Source: a virus
Reading direction: 5' to 3' (one strand)
Virus record (IMG/VR): IMGVR_UViG_3300025815_002670
Location: 13,671 to 77,670 of that record
DNA: 64,000 nt
Under the pieces are notes generated by a model. That model was given only the letters and a program-made list of their open reading frames with translations. It did not search any database and was not told the origin of the DNA. Made by a program: the position numbers and the translations under genes. Shown in pieces: positions 28,601 to 36,969 of this stretch. Each line of letters opens with the position of its first letter. Position 1 is the first letter of the stretch.

Positions 28601-31600
28601 TCGACTGGCCCACTGGCTATTGGTGCCTTCTTACAGGATCTCACAACAAGACTTCTGCTTGCCTTAGTGAACACTATTATTGACACTGCTCTTGCTATTT
28701 TCGCGCAGATTCTAAAGTTCATCCTCGACAAACTACTTTCCCTTGCTTGTGAAACCCTCGGTGCTCTCGGCGCAAACCTTGCTGGCCTTGCTTCCGGCAA
28801 CAACCAGTTCCTAAACCTTCTCCGCGAAAACCTTTGCCCAGAGGCGACAGAAGAGGATCTACTTGAGTCTCTAAAGAAGTTATTCTCGGTTCTTGGCGGC
28901 GACAACTACCCATGCTTGCAGGAACTCTCTAACCAAGAAATGGCAAACTTTATCGAAGACATGTCCCTCATGCTTACACAGGGACAACTTCTTCAACTCC
29001 TTGCTGGTGAGGCGAACGAGGAAACGATCAGGCTTGCCCTTGAGGTTGCAGCAACCAGCAACTCTCCTTGCATCCGTGACGTTTTCAGTGATCCAGGTTC
29101 TATTCAGAACTTCTTCCCAGCCCTCGGCACATTCATCCCAGACCTCGATCGCCTTCGCGATGTCATTGGAACAACCCCGGCGGCTCTACAACCCATTTAC
29201 CCATGTGCTCCAGAAGTCCTAACAAGGATCGATGATCTACGCTGCGATCTTCTCGGTCAGAAGGGACTTACAAAGCGTCAATGCCGCGAAGAGTTAGACA
29301 AACTAAAGGATCAGGCGGTTCAGGATCTACAAGATCTCCTTGACCTCCTACAGAACGGCCCAATGTCTAACTTCCCTCCACTTAACAGCGAGCCTGGTTG
29401 TCCGCCAAATGGTTTCCTCCCAGCGGTTGATCCGTTCCTTGCAGATGCAAACTCACAGATTACAGGCATCCTATTTGATAAGGTTGAAGAGGCCCATCTA
29501 AGAGATCTTATGGGTAACATTAACTTTGCAACTGGTCATGGTGGAGTCTTAAATGCAGTTCTTTCAGACACGATGGGTCGAACGTTTAAGAAGCACAACT
29601 ATGTTATTAGACACTTCGGGGCTCCATTAGCAGAAGATCTTGGATTCTTTGAAACCTACAGTGACAGCGCCATTCGTGAGCCTGGTTCAACTGGAAAGGG
29701 TAAGCCAATAGACATTTATGGCAATCAACTTACTGACGACGAAATTGGAAACTTTGCTAACTACTCAAGAGGAGGTTATCCTCCAACAGTCGGCGCTTGG
29801 CTTGCACAAAACTACAGAACATTTGAGCCAGAGTTCAAAACCGTCAATATTCCAGGCGGCTACGACAGTGTTGACGAGGCCCTAAGGGAACTTGAAAAGA
29901 CAGAAAAGAAGAACAGAGAAAGAATCAAAGCACGAAAGAAGTACCTAAGGCTTTGGATCGATGAGTTCAACTTTGATAGAAGAAAGACCTGGCCAGAGAA
30001 ATACCAAAGAGCAGCAGACGACCTACTAGTCGGTGCAGAAAGGGAAATCTTTGGGCCAGACCCGACAAAAGAGACGATGAAGCACGAGGTCAACTCTCCA
30101 GAACAGAGAGCGTTCAACGCGCTAAACGGAAAGAACATCAGTGTTGCCGGCGTTCTAACAGGAAACAAGGTTCCCAAGAAGTGGGACGACGACCTGAAGA
30201 GGAAGTTGAGAGACATCAAGATCGAAGGAAAGAGATTCGATCCCGAAGAGCATAAGTCTTTTGTCGACGCTTTCGGCAAAAAAGCAAGACTTATTCCGCT
30301 TCCAGACACTTCTTCCGCAGATGTTCGTTTGAAGTATGAGTCTTTCCCGGTTCAGAACAACAAGGGAGAGGATTTAGGTTCTCCTTACTCAGTTTCCGTG
30401 GAATATGATTACAACTTATTTGATGAAGACGGGGAGTTGATCAAGGATAATGTTTACAACCTCAAAGTTGTTGAAGAGATTAGAAGTATCAAGGGTGATC
30501 CTCTAAAGAAAAATGAAATAAAGAAGGTTGGGCCTGACCTACCTCCCGAGTCGATCCTTGGCGATGAGTACAGTTTCACAAGTTATAACCTTAAGATCAG
30601 AGGAACTGACGACCAAGATGTTGTAAGGCTTCTTGAAACGCTAGACGCTTCAAATGACATTCCAGATTCTTATCAGATAGAATATCTTTTCAGATATTTT
30701 GAAAGTATCTACCGAGAAGCAACAGACAGCACAGACAGGAGAATAAGAGAGGTTTCATCGGAGGCAGGGCTAAGAAGATACTTCAAGGGTCCAAAGTCAC
30801 CAGATGAAAAAATAAATGTTTTTGACTCCATAAACTCTGGTTTCTTGCAAAGACTTTCTTACCTTATTTCAACCGGCCAAACTGGAAAGGGAAACAAGGG
30901 GCAAAAAGCACCTGAAGATTATGATGTTGGTAGAAGAAAAGAAAATCAAAACGAAGACAGAAGAAACAAAATCGATCTAAACCAGTTTTCAAAGGCGTTC
31001 AAGTTTGGCTATGACCCCTACAAGCAGCCAAAAATCACTTACATGGATGCTGAAAAGTATGGTGGTCTTCTTGGAAAAAGAGATCCTAAAAATGCTCCAA
31101 AGCCATTCTATGTCGAGGCCCGTCGATATGATGGTTGGATGGACATAGCGGACGCCCTTATCCCGGAGTTAGACGGGTGTGAACCATCTTCTAAGCCAAT
31201 CTTTGAACTGTCCGATGTAAAAGAGATTGTTGACAACTTTACAAACACAGTCCCAAGAGACGAGCGCCTTCAAGGAGATCCGCTATGTGTGGTCGAAGCA
31301 CCTTTTGACAGAATCTTAGCACCAGAAGATGCAGGCCGAATCGAAGGAGCAATCCGAGCAATAATCAGAATCTATGCTTTAGACGTATTTTTGCGAGCAG
31401 TTCCGGTGCTTACAGCTTTCGAAGTCAACAGCGTTAACTATGATAACCTTCTTGAATCTTTCATTGCAGAGAGAATGAGGCAAGGACTCTATGAAGACGG
31501 TGTTCGCCGCTCAAACGCCACAGACGAAGAATACTACTTCCGTTTCATTGAGCAAGTTGCTAATAACACAGTAAGAAAGATCGATGCCGGCCTCTTAACA

Positions 31601-33220
31601 AGAGAGAGCGAGCCAGGAGCAGCCGACGGAGACTTTAACGCAGCAGAAGAAGAGGCCCTTAATAGAATCATCAAAACCGTCAACGGCTACTACAGGCAGT
31701 TCGCCGGTCAACCAGAGACACTTTCCGATGTTGCCATCAAGACACAGGACGCATTCAAGAGACTCTTCTCTACACCAGCTTCAAGCAAGGTTATTCAGGT
31801 AGGCTCAGGAAGTTCCAGGTTCAGCAAGGTTCAGGCGAAGGCTGCTAAGAGGTTGGCATTTGAGCAGACACTGAGAGAAAATGAAGCAGACGCTCTTGTC
31901 CTCCTTGGTCCATACATCAGAGAGGAACTTGAGGCTCTAAAGACTAAGTTTGTTGGAACGCTACCCGCTCTTGTCACAAACGTGGATCACCTTTTCTGCG
32001 TAAACAACGAGTGGATCCGAGGGTCTGTCTTTGAAGGCGGCCCATTTGATGTCCAGTCAGATCCGAGAGACGGAACGACACACAACATCCAAAAGTTGAA
32101 GACCAACGGCGAACTTCGTCCAAAGCAGTTCAACCCTAACTTCAAGCGCTCCCAGCCAGACACGGAGTGGCCATTTGTTCTTGAAAAGTACATCAAGATC
32201 GAAGACAAGTCGCGACGAGTCCAAGGTGTTTCAAAGCGCGCAGAAAACCTTTACAATGTTGTCAACATTAAGGACTGGGATCGTTATGTCAAGGAAAAGA
32301 AGGCCGAGGGCCTAAGGGGCGACATTTCCGAGTTCTGGGGTGAGCCAACACCTTCTGGCGAGACCGAGTTCATCGAAAACCACAACCACACCTACGAAAT
32401 CGATTTCAAGGGTAATGGAAGAACGTCAGTTCACACCGATGCTCTCGGAAACACTCACTATCACGAGATTGTAAATGGGGAAGTCCAGAGGTCAAGGTTA
32501 AATGCACAGGACAACGGACACGTTCACAACATTCCCGTCGAAGGCTGGAAGTTTGGTTTGAGAATCTGCTACATGCCGACAAAGGCGTCTCATGGGCCGT
32601 TTGTTGAAATGAACAGGGAACTCATAACACAAGAACAGATCATGAACAACAAGGCTTTCAGCGTAACAGGCAAGGAAGGCAACAATAGAGTTCTAATCCC
32701 GATCGCTTCCGCAGAACTCCCAATCCCAGATCAGGAGTTCACGAACTTTGACCCGAACTCTTACGATGTCTACTGTCTCATAGAAGAACTCGTAAAGACC
32801 CCAGAGTACAAGACATTATTCAAGTACATTTTCCCCATCCCAAGATACACCTCGCTACTCGCAGTTCACAGCACTATGTCATTCTTTGACGCAATCGGCA
32901 ATAGTGGCTACCCAAGCGAGGGTGGAGACATGTGGGAAGTTGCCGGTGGAAGAAAAGGCAAGAAGTTTAGAAAGTGGGTTCGTGGACCGCAGGCTTTCAA
33001 GGATTCACGACAAAAAGCAAAGATTCTTTTCACAAGTCTTTACGAGTCGGCACAAGCCATCGACTTCGACGCTGGCAACCCAACTGACCCCGTAAGAGGT
33101 CCAGATTCTATTAGAGAACTAATTAGACCAAAGGTTAACTTTGAAGACGGCTTACGTTGGTGGGAGAGAGGAAGACTATTGAGTCGCCCGTTCAATAAGG
33201 ACGGAGAGGAATGCGAATAA
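25673..33220 (+). CDS. 2515-aa virion-associated protein with glycine zipper, long apolar helices and HxH cluster
   Basis: Uninterrupted ORF inside the baseplate operon; GAAVGAVVGSAGGIPGAVIGAGIGG; NHNH..THYH..GHVH. Confidence 0.75.
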   Translation: MTIRVNRSGRSAYEEFATEGELEELRNSNFSFGQAGPAIDQAGAALDVQPPPAPRSLGPDPFSPVLTEAALAEAGLDVERFKFLVCDPRPGLEEPDPCPICRPNPFAYVPDYRMMGEGETFFDGKDCTQCIVYTFDSPAVEGGVPIEKFERDGKFINEQKERAVKYALDLFNKSEFITVYTYIEKPPRVDKFNILGGAAVGAVVGSAGGIPGAVIGAGIGGVLDYMIPPKVPGYDLETREENVVDSLVALATTEYHVPIQRKSRTRLLIKIPVEVFDRLPERLVQEPDTEFETKLEVTYQGNQFVPTLRRISKAFNVYHGESKRWATYEGGRFVTATSFAESSNNSDTRERVYLNLEKEADQIDIFRDAVKDWITRKEIGMSFSPLRPNRVPEKITFKFKKKDNNPEEIELRQVVFNKPGCEDVTIGKNGRYKGLFRELNASIKRIDSRTLYYIGSGPEIDTDLTARTPTPWLQVVTDYTYPPLEVLYGSNGNTIYDQNRIDKCLVKNTSVDEDFDQLMSGIEDTVLGAPDAFLEAFSRGDDPLSCNTEGNALEKAGQAFATTPERASQILNASIAEAKRKVAVDDPYLAIVLDEIGAAAKAARSSTNQFFSEDAVDLGDGVTVSNDSGLENTPKNRRETRKAFRDYYRDNQKGFMARVNDRIGWCGWLALIKAAADCVAKGLGEESSTKALAKAAFGAMDDNYLGRSFLGLPPEEQQRIADRIQSELGDVPAPWDIGYQAGNYAGGSFSLRERKLANQIADGTLQPGTTEYEEAVAELNSTGFNALPTAEQLKQAEAIDSGEITGFEAERIGEELAATGFFEFGVLEFEGEKIYSIVRTTDSEQELLQRLREFNQNFVFDSESVGGFGLDSEGELAFNQRNSSQGSGGTYGEALGDVQKEITDAYRRVILDTVGADSLLQTMNRIPGAPIVARLLKNSPCKINSPIKANPRLDNFLNTLEFDICQWDVDLTLPVFSTGPLAIGAFLQDLTTRLLLALVNTIIDTALAIFAQILKFILDKLLSLACETLGALGANLAGLASGNNQFLNLLRENLCPEATEEDLLESLKKLFSVLGGDNYPCLQELSNQEMANFIEDMSLMLTQGQLLQLLAGEANEETIRLALEVAATSNSPCIRDVFSDPGSIQNFFPALGTFIPDLDRLRDVIGTTPAALQPIYPCAPEVLTRIDDLRCDLLGQKGLTKRQCREELDKLKDQAVQDLQDLLDLLQNGPMSNFPPLNSEPGCPPNGFLPAVDPFLADANSQITGILFDKVEEAHLRDLMGNINFATGHGGVLNAVLSDTMGRTFKKHNYVIRHFGAPLAEDLGFFETYSDSAIREPGSTGKGKPIDIYGNQLTDDEIGNFANYSRGGYPPTVGAWLAQNYRTFEPEFKTVNIPGGYDSVDEALRELEKTEKKNRERIKARKKYLRLWIDEFNFDRRKTWPEKYQRAADDLLVGAEREIFGPDPTKETMKHEVNSPEQRAFNALNGKNISVAGVLTGNKVPKKWDDDLKRKLRDIKIEGKRFDPEEHKSFVDAFGKKARLIPLPDTSSADVRLKYESFPVQNNKGEDLGSPYSVSVEYDYNLFDEDGELIKDNVYNLKVVEEIRSIKGDPLKKNEIKKVGPDLPPESILGDEYSFTSYNLKIRGTDDQDVVRLLETLDASNDIPDSYQIEYLFRYFESIYREATDSTDRRIREVSSEAGLRRYFKGPKSPDEKINVFDSINSGFLQRLSYLISTGQTGKGNKGQKAPEDYDVGRRKENQNEDRRNKIDLNQFSKAFKFGYDPYKQPKITYMDAEKYGGLLGKRDPKNAPKPFYVEARRYDGWMDIADALIPELDGCEPSSKPIFELSDVKEIVDNFTNTVPRDERLQGDPLCVVEAPFDRILAPEDAGRIEGAIRAIIRIYALDVFLRAVPVLTAFEVNSVNYDNLLESFIAERMRQGLYEDGVRRSNATDEEYYFRFIEQVANNTVRKIDAGLLTRESEPGAADGDFNAAEEEALNRIIKTVNGYYRQFAGQPETLSDVAIKTQDAFKRLFSTPASSKVIQVGSGSSRFSKVQAKAAKRLAFEQTLRENEADALVLLGPYIREELEALKTKFVGTLPALVTNVDHLFCVNNEWIRGSVFEGGPFDVQSDPRDGTTHNIQKLKTNGELRPKQFNPNFKRSQPDTEWPFVLEKYIKIEDKSRRVQGVSKRAENLYNVVNIKDWDRYVKEKKAEGLRGDISEFWGEPTPSGETEFIENHNHTYEIDFKGNGRTSVHTDALGNTHYHEIVNGEVQRSRLNAQDNGHVHNIPVEGWKFGLRICYMPTKASHGPFVEMNRELITQEQIMNNKAFSVTGKEGNNRVLIPIASAELPIPDQEFTNFDPNSYDVYCLIEELVKTPEYKTLFKYIFPIPRYTSLLAVHSTMSFFDAIGNSGYPSEGGDMWEVAGGRKGKKFRKWVRGPQAFKDSRQKAKILFTSLYESAQAIDFDAGNPTDPVRGPDSIRELIRPKVNFEDGLRWWERGRLLSRPFNKDGEECE

Positions 33221-33232
33221 AGGAGGAGAATT

Positions 33233-33634
33233 ATGGCAGAGGGACTATCCGTTGCACTACCACTTAGAATAGATCCAATTGACGGTGCTTATGGACTGAA
33301 CAGGACACTAACCCAGGTAGCCGCACAGAACTTGCGAATGGTTATTCTGACTTCTCCAGGGGAAAGAATAATGTTTCCAGATTTTGGCGTTGGAGTAAGA
33401 AGATATTTATTCGAACAAAACACCAGTGCAACTTTAGGGTTGATACGAAGTAGAATAGAACAGCAGGTGTCGACATATCTTCCATACATTAGGATCCTTG
33501 ATTTAAGCGTTGATAGCCCTGAAGTTGTTGGAGCAGTTGTCGAAACAGATAAGTCAACAGTTCTCATAAGAATTCGTTATTCAGTCCCGTCCGCCAATGT
33601 CGTTTCAGACTTAACTATTCCTGTTTCAAGTTAA
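33233..33634 (+). CDS. Baseplate wedge protein, GPW/gp25 family
   Basis: QNLRMVILTSPGERIMFPDFGVG..YLFE. Confidence 0.9.
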   Translation: MAEGLSVALPLRIDPIDGAYGLNRTLTQVAAQNLRMVILTSPGERIMFPDFGVGVRRYLFEQNTSATLGLIRSRIEQQVSTYLPYIRILDLSVDSPEVVGAVVETDKSTVLIRIRYSVPSANVVSDLTIPVSS

Positions 33635-33641
33635 GTTTTGT

Positions 33642-33650
33642 ACTATTTAT
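33642..33650 (+). promoter_or_regulatory. Candidate late promoter ACTATTTAT
   Basis: Intergenic, followed by GGAG and ATG 33668. Confidence 0.65.
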
Positions 33651-33667
33651 AACTGGAGAACCTTTTT

Positions 33668-35467
33668 ATGGCTAAAAGAACATTTCCTATTGACTACACA
33701 AGTCGCGACTTTAGTTCTATCCGCGACGATCTCATAAACTACACAAAGAGATATTACCCTGATACTTTCAAGGATTTTAGTGAGGCATCTTTCGGTTCTC
33801 TAATGCTTGATACAGTCGCCTACGTCGGCGACATTATGTCTTTTTACCTTGATTATCAGGTAAATGAGTCCTTCCTTGATACTGCATCAGAATACGACAA
33901 TGTTCTTCGCCTCGCAAGACAGGCGGGCTACAAATTTACAGGACCAAACTCCACAACAGGAATGGTCTCGGTCTATGCAGTAGTTCCGGCAAACTCAGTT
34001 GGTCTTGGGCCAAATAATGATTATTTGCCCATCTTAAAGAGAAACACAACCTTCTCTTCCACCTCGGGCGCAAGTTTCATTCTTTTAGAAGACATTCGTT
34101 TTGATGAACCTTCTAACGATGTCGTCGCAGCAAACATTGATGATGCAACAGGAAACCCATCAAGTTATGCTGTGAAAGCAATGGGCCAGGTCATTTCAGG
34201 CGAGTTTGGTGTAACAAATATTGACATTGGCGCTTTTGAGCGTTTTAAAAAGGTCCGCATAAGTGAACCAAATTTAGTTGAAATCATCAGTGTTTTTGAT
34301 TCAGAGGGTCACGAATACTTTGAAGTCGAATATCTTTCACAAGATGTGGTCTACAAAGCAGTTCCGAACAGAGACGAAAACACCAGAGACAATGCCCCGT
34401 CTTTAATAAGACCTTTCAACGCAACACGTCGCTTTACAGTCACAAAAAATAGAAGAACGACAACCCTACAGTTTGGCTTCGGCTCGGACACAGAGATCGC
34501 AACACCTGGCCTTGCTGAGCCGTCAAACGTTGTTCTTCAAAGACAAGCAAAGAACTACGTTACAGACGCGATCTTCGATCCATCTGACCTTGTTGGGTCG
34601 GACAAATTGGGCATCGGGCCGGCAAACACAACTCTAACCATCACTTATCGCTTGAACACCTCGAACAACGCCAACGCAGCCATCGGAGCGGTCAACAGGA
34701 TCACAAACTCTCTTGTTGAGTTCAATAATCCAAGCATAGCAAACAACTCAACAGCAAGAACAGTCGCTGCTTCCTTTGAGTGCTTCAACGAGGAGCCAAT
34801 CGTCGGCTCTGTAAGGAACCCAAACGTTGAGGAAATAAGACAGCAGGCTTTAAACATCTTTCCAGCCCAGTCCCGCGCCGTCACTTCTACAGACTACGAA
34901 GCAATGGTTTACGCAATGCCAGGACACCTTGGGGCGGTAAAGCGCTGCCGTGTCCTAAGAGACCAGGACTCGATCAAACGAAATCTAAACGTCTACGTCA
35001 TTTCCGAAGACACACAGGGCAAGTTGGTTCAGTCTAACTCCGCTTTGAAAGAAAACCTCAAAATCCATCTCAACCGCTACAGAATGATCAACGACACAGT
35101 TGACATCCTTGACGCCAAGATCGTCAACGTCGGCATCGAGTTTGAGGTTGTTGCCTCCGAAGAGATCAACAAGTTCGAAGTCCTTGACAATGCAACAACA
35201 GCGCTTATTGCTGCTTTCGGATCAAAGACAATGTTCATCGGCGAGCGTTTCTACATAACGGATGTTTTCACCGCCCTCAACAAAGTAAGAGGCGTGGCAG
35301 ATACAGCGAAGGTCAAACTAGTTAGCAAGAGGGGAACGAACTACTCTTCTTCGACACTTAACATCGATCAGTTTATGTCCCTCGACGGACGCTACCTTTC
35401 AGTCCCCGACAACGTGATCCTTGAGATCAAGTTCCCAAGAATTGACATTAGAGGAACCGTAAGATAA
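33668..35467 (+). CDS. Baseplate wedge subunit (T4 gp6/baseplate J-like)
   Basis: DYTSRDF, DFSEAS.G.LM, AYVGD..SFYLD, ESFLDTA, QFGFG, QSRAVT..DYE. Confidence 0.88.
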   Translation: MAKRTFPIDYTSRDFSSIRDDLINYTKRYYPDTFKDFSEASFGSLMLDTVAYVGDIMSFYLDYQVNESFLDTASEYDNVLRLARQAGYKFTGPNSTTGMVSVYAVVPANSVGLGPNNDYLPILKRNTTFSSTSGASFILLEDIRFDEPSNDVVAANIDDATGNPSSYAVKAMGQVISGEFGVTNIDIGAFERFKKVRISEPNLVEIISVFDSEGHEYFEVEYLSQDVVYKAVPNRDENTRDNAPSLIRPFNATRRFTVTKNRRTTTLQFGFGSDTEIATPGLAEPSNVVLQRQAKNYVTDAIFDPSDLVGSDKLGIGPANTTLTITYRLNTSNNANAAIGAVNRITNSLVEFNNPSIANNSTARTVAASFECFNEEPIVGSVRNPNVEEIRQQALNIFPAQSRAVTSTDYEAMVYAMPGHLGAVKRCRVLRDQDSIKRNLNVYVISEDTQGKLVQSNSALKENLKIHLNRYRMINDTVDILDAKIVNVGIEFEVVASEEINKFEVLDNATTALIAAFGSKTMFIGERFYITDVFTALNKVRGVADTAKVKLVSKRGTNYSSSTLNIDQFMSLDGRYLSVPDNVILEIKFPRIDIRGTVR

Positions 35468-36969
35468 TGGCTATCAAAAGATACTACGCTTCAAAAGACA
35501 ACACAATAACAAACGCCTTTGAAGAAAACCTATCAACTCGTGGGACAGACGCCAACATGGGCGCCGCCGACATCCTTGAGGTTTTCTCTATCTACGGCCA
35601 AGCATCTTCTGCCTCTGCTGAAGCGTCAAGGGCTCTAATCAAGTTTGACTGCACAGCCTCCACAAACTCGATCCAAGCAGACAGAACAGCAGGGGTCATT
35701 CCGGCAAGCGGCAGTGTCTCTTTTTACCTTCGCCTCTACAACGCCCCACACGGACAAACCTTACCAAAGTCTTACACGATGGATATTTCCGCAGTTTCCG
35801 GCTCTTGGACCGAGGGCACAGGTCTTGATATGGAACTCTACAAGGACAAGGGCTCGTCAAACTGGGTTTCATCTTCTGACGGCAACACCTGGACAACAGC
35901 CGGCGGCGACTATTTCACCGACACTTCCTCTTCTTTCACCGCTTCTTTTGACGACGGAACAGAGGACATAGAACTCGACATCACAACACTCGTCGAACAA
36001 TGGCTTGACAGCGCCGGCAACGTTCTCGGATCTAAGGAAGATGAGGGTGTTGGCATCAAGATCTCAAGCGCCTACGAAACCGCAACTCGTTCCTACTACA
36101 CCAAGAAGTTCTTTGCCCGAGGCACAGAGTTCTTTTTCAAAAAGCCCTGCATCGAGGCTCGCTGGAACTCCTCTGTCCAAGACGATCGAGGCAACTTCTA
36201 CTATTCCAGTTCACTCGCAACTGCTGCCGAAAATCTACAGACGATCTACCTTTACAACTATTTCAGAGGTCGTCTCCGCAACATCCCAAGCATCGGAACC
36301 GGAGCCATTTATGTCAACCTTTATTCAGGTTCAACGGCACCAACTGGCTCAGCCATTACGCTTGTCGCTGACGGAACTTATGTCACATCCGATTCTCCAA
36401 CCTTCGTAACCGGAGGCTGGGTCTCAACTGGCATTTATTCAGCATCTTTCGCTATGACTGCTGCATCTACGCCACTTGAAACCGTCTTTGATGTTTGGAA
36501 CGACGGATCTGGAACACAGTTCTACACAGGTTCTTTCGAGCCAACAGTTCTTTCACCTTCTGCGGTTGCTCCGTCAGAAGAATATTTCATCTCAATAACA
36601 AATCTGCGCCAGTCCTACCGTAATGATGAAACGGCAAGGTTTAGAATTTACACTCGCCAAAAAGATTGGAACCCAACTATTTACACAAGAGCGGTGGCAA
36701 CACCCGAAGTTCAAATAGCGGAGAGTGGTTCTTACGAAATTTATAGAGTGGTAGATGACCTCAAGGTCATTCCTTACGGGACAGGCAGCGATAACCAAAC
36801 AGTAATGTCTTATGACGCCTCTGGTTCATACTTTGACTTAGATATGAGCATGTTTGAAACTGGCTACTCCTATGGAATAAAGCTTTCATTCTATAACCAA
36901 GATGTAGGAGCCTGGGTTGAACAGCCCGAAACATTCAAGTTTAAAGTGGAATCAAGGCAGAATAAATAA
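35467..36969 (+). CDS. Virion structural protein with DNRLRE-like beta-sandwich
   Basis: SRALIKFD, LRLY, SWTEGTG, WTTAGGD, LDITTLVEQW. Confidence 0.6.
   Translation: MAIKRYYASKDNTITNAFEENLSTRGTDANMGAADILEVFSIYGQASSASAEASRALIKFDCTASTNSIQADRTAGVIPASGSVSFYLRLYNAPHGQTLPKSYTMDISAVSGSWTEGTGLDMELYKDKGSSNWVSSSDGNTWTTAGGDYFTDTSSSFTASFDDGTEDIELDITTLVEQWLDSAGNVLGSKEDEGVGIKISSAYETATRSYYTKKFFARGTEFFFKKPCIEARWNSSVQDDRGNFYYSSSLATAAENLQTIYLYNYFRGRLRNIPSIGTGAIYVNLYSGSTAPTGSAITLVADGTYVTSDSPTFVTGGWVSTGIYSASFAMTAASTPLETVFDVWNDGSGTQFYTGSFEPTVLSPSAVAPSEEYFISITNLRQSYRNDETARFRIYTRQKDWNPTIYTRAVATPEVQIAESGSYEIYRVVDDLKVIPYGTGSDNQTVMSYDASGSYFDLDMSMFETGYSYGIKLSFYNQDVGAWVEQPETFKFKVESRQNK

Noticed and set aside
23305-35467. 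T6SS or extracellular contractile injection system
   Set aside because: gp25 and gp6-like genes sit with primase, resolvase, Mre11-Rad50, a homing endonuclease and a gp55-like sigma; no TssJLM, ClpV or Afp15-type ATPase
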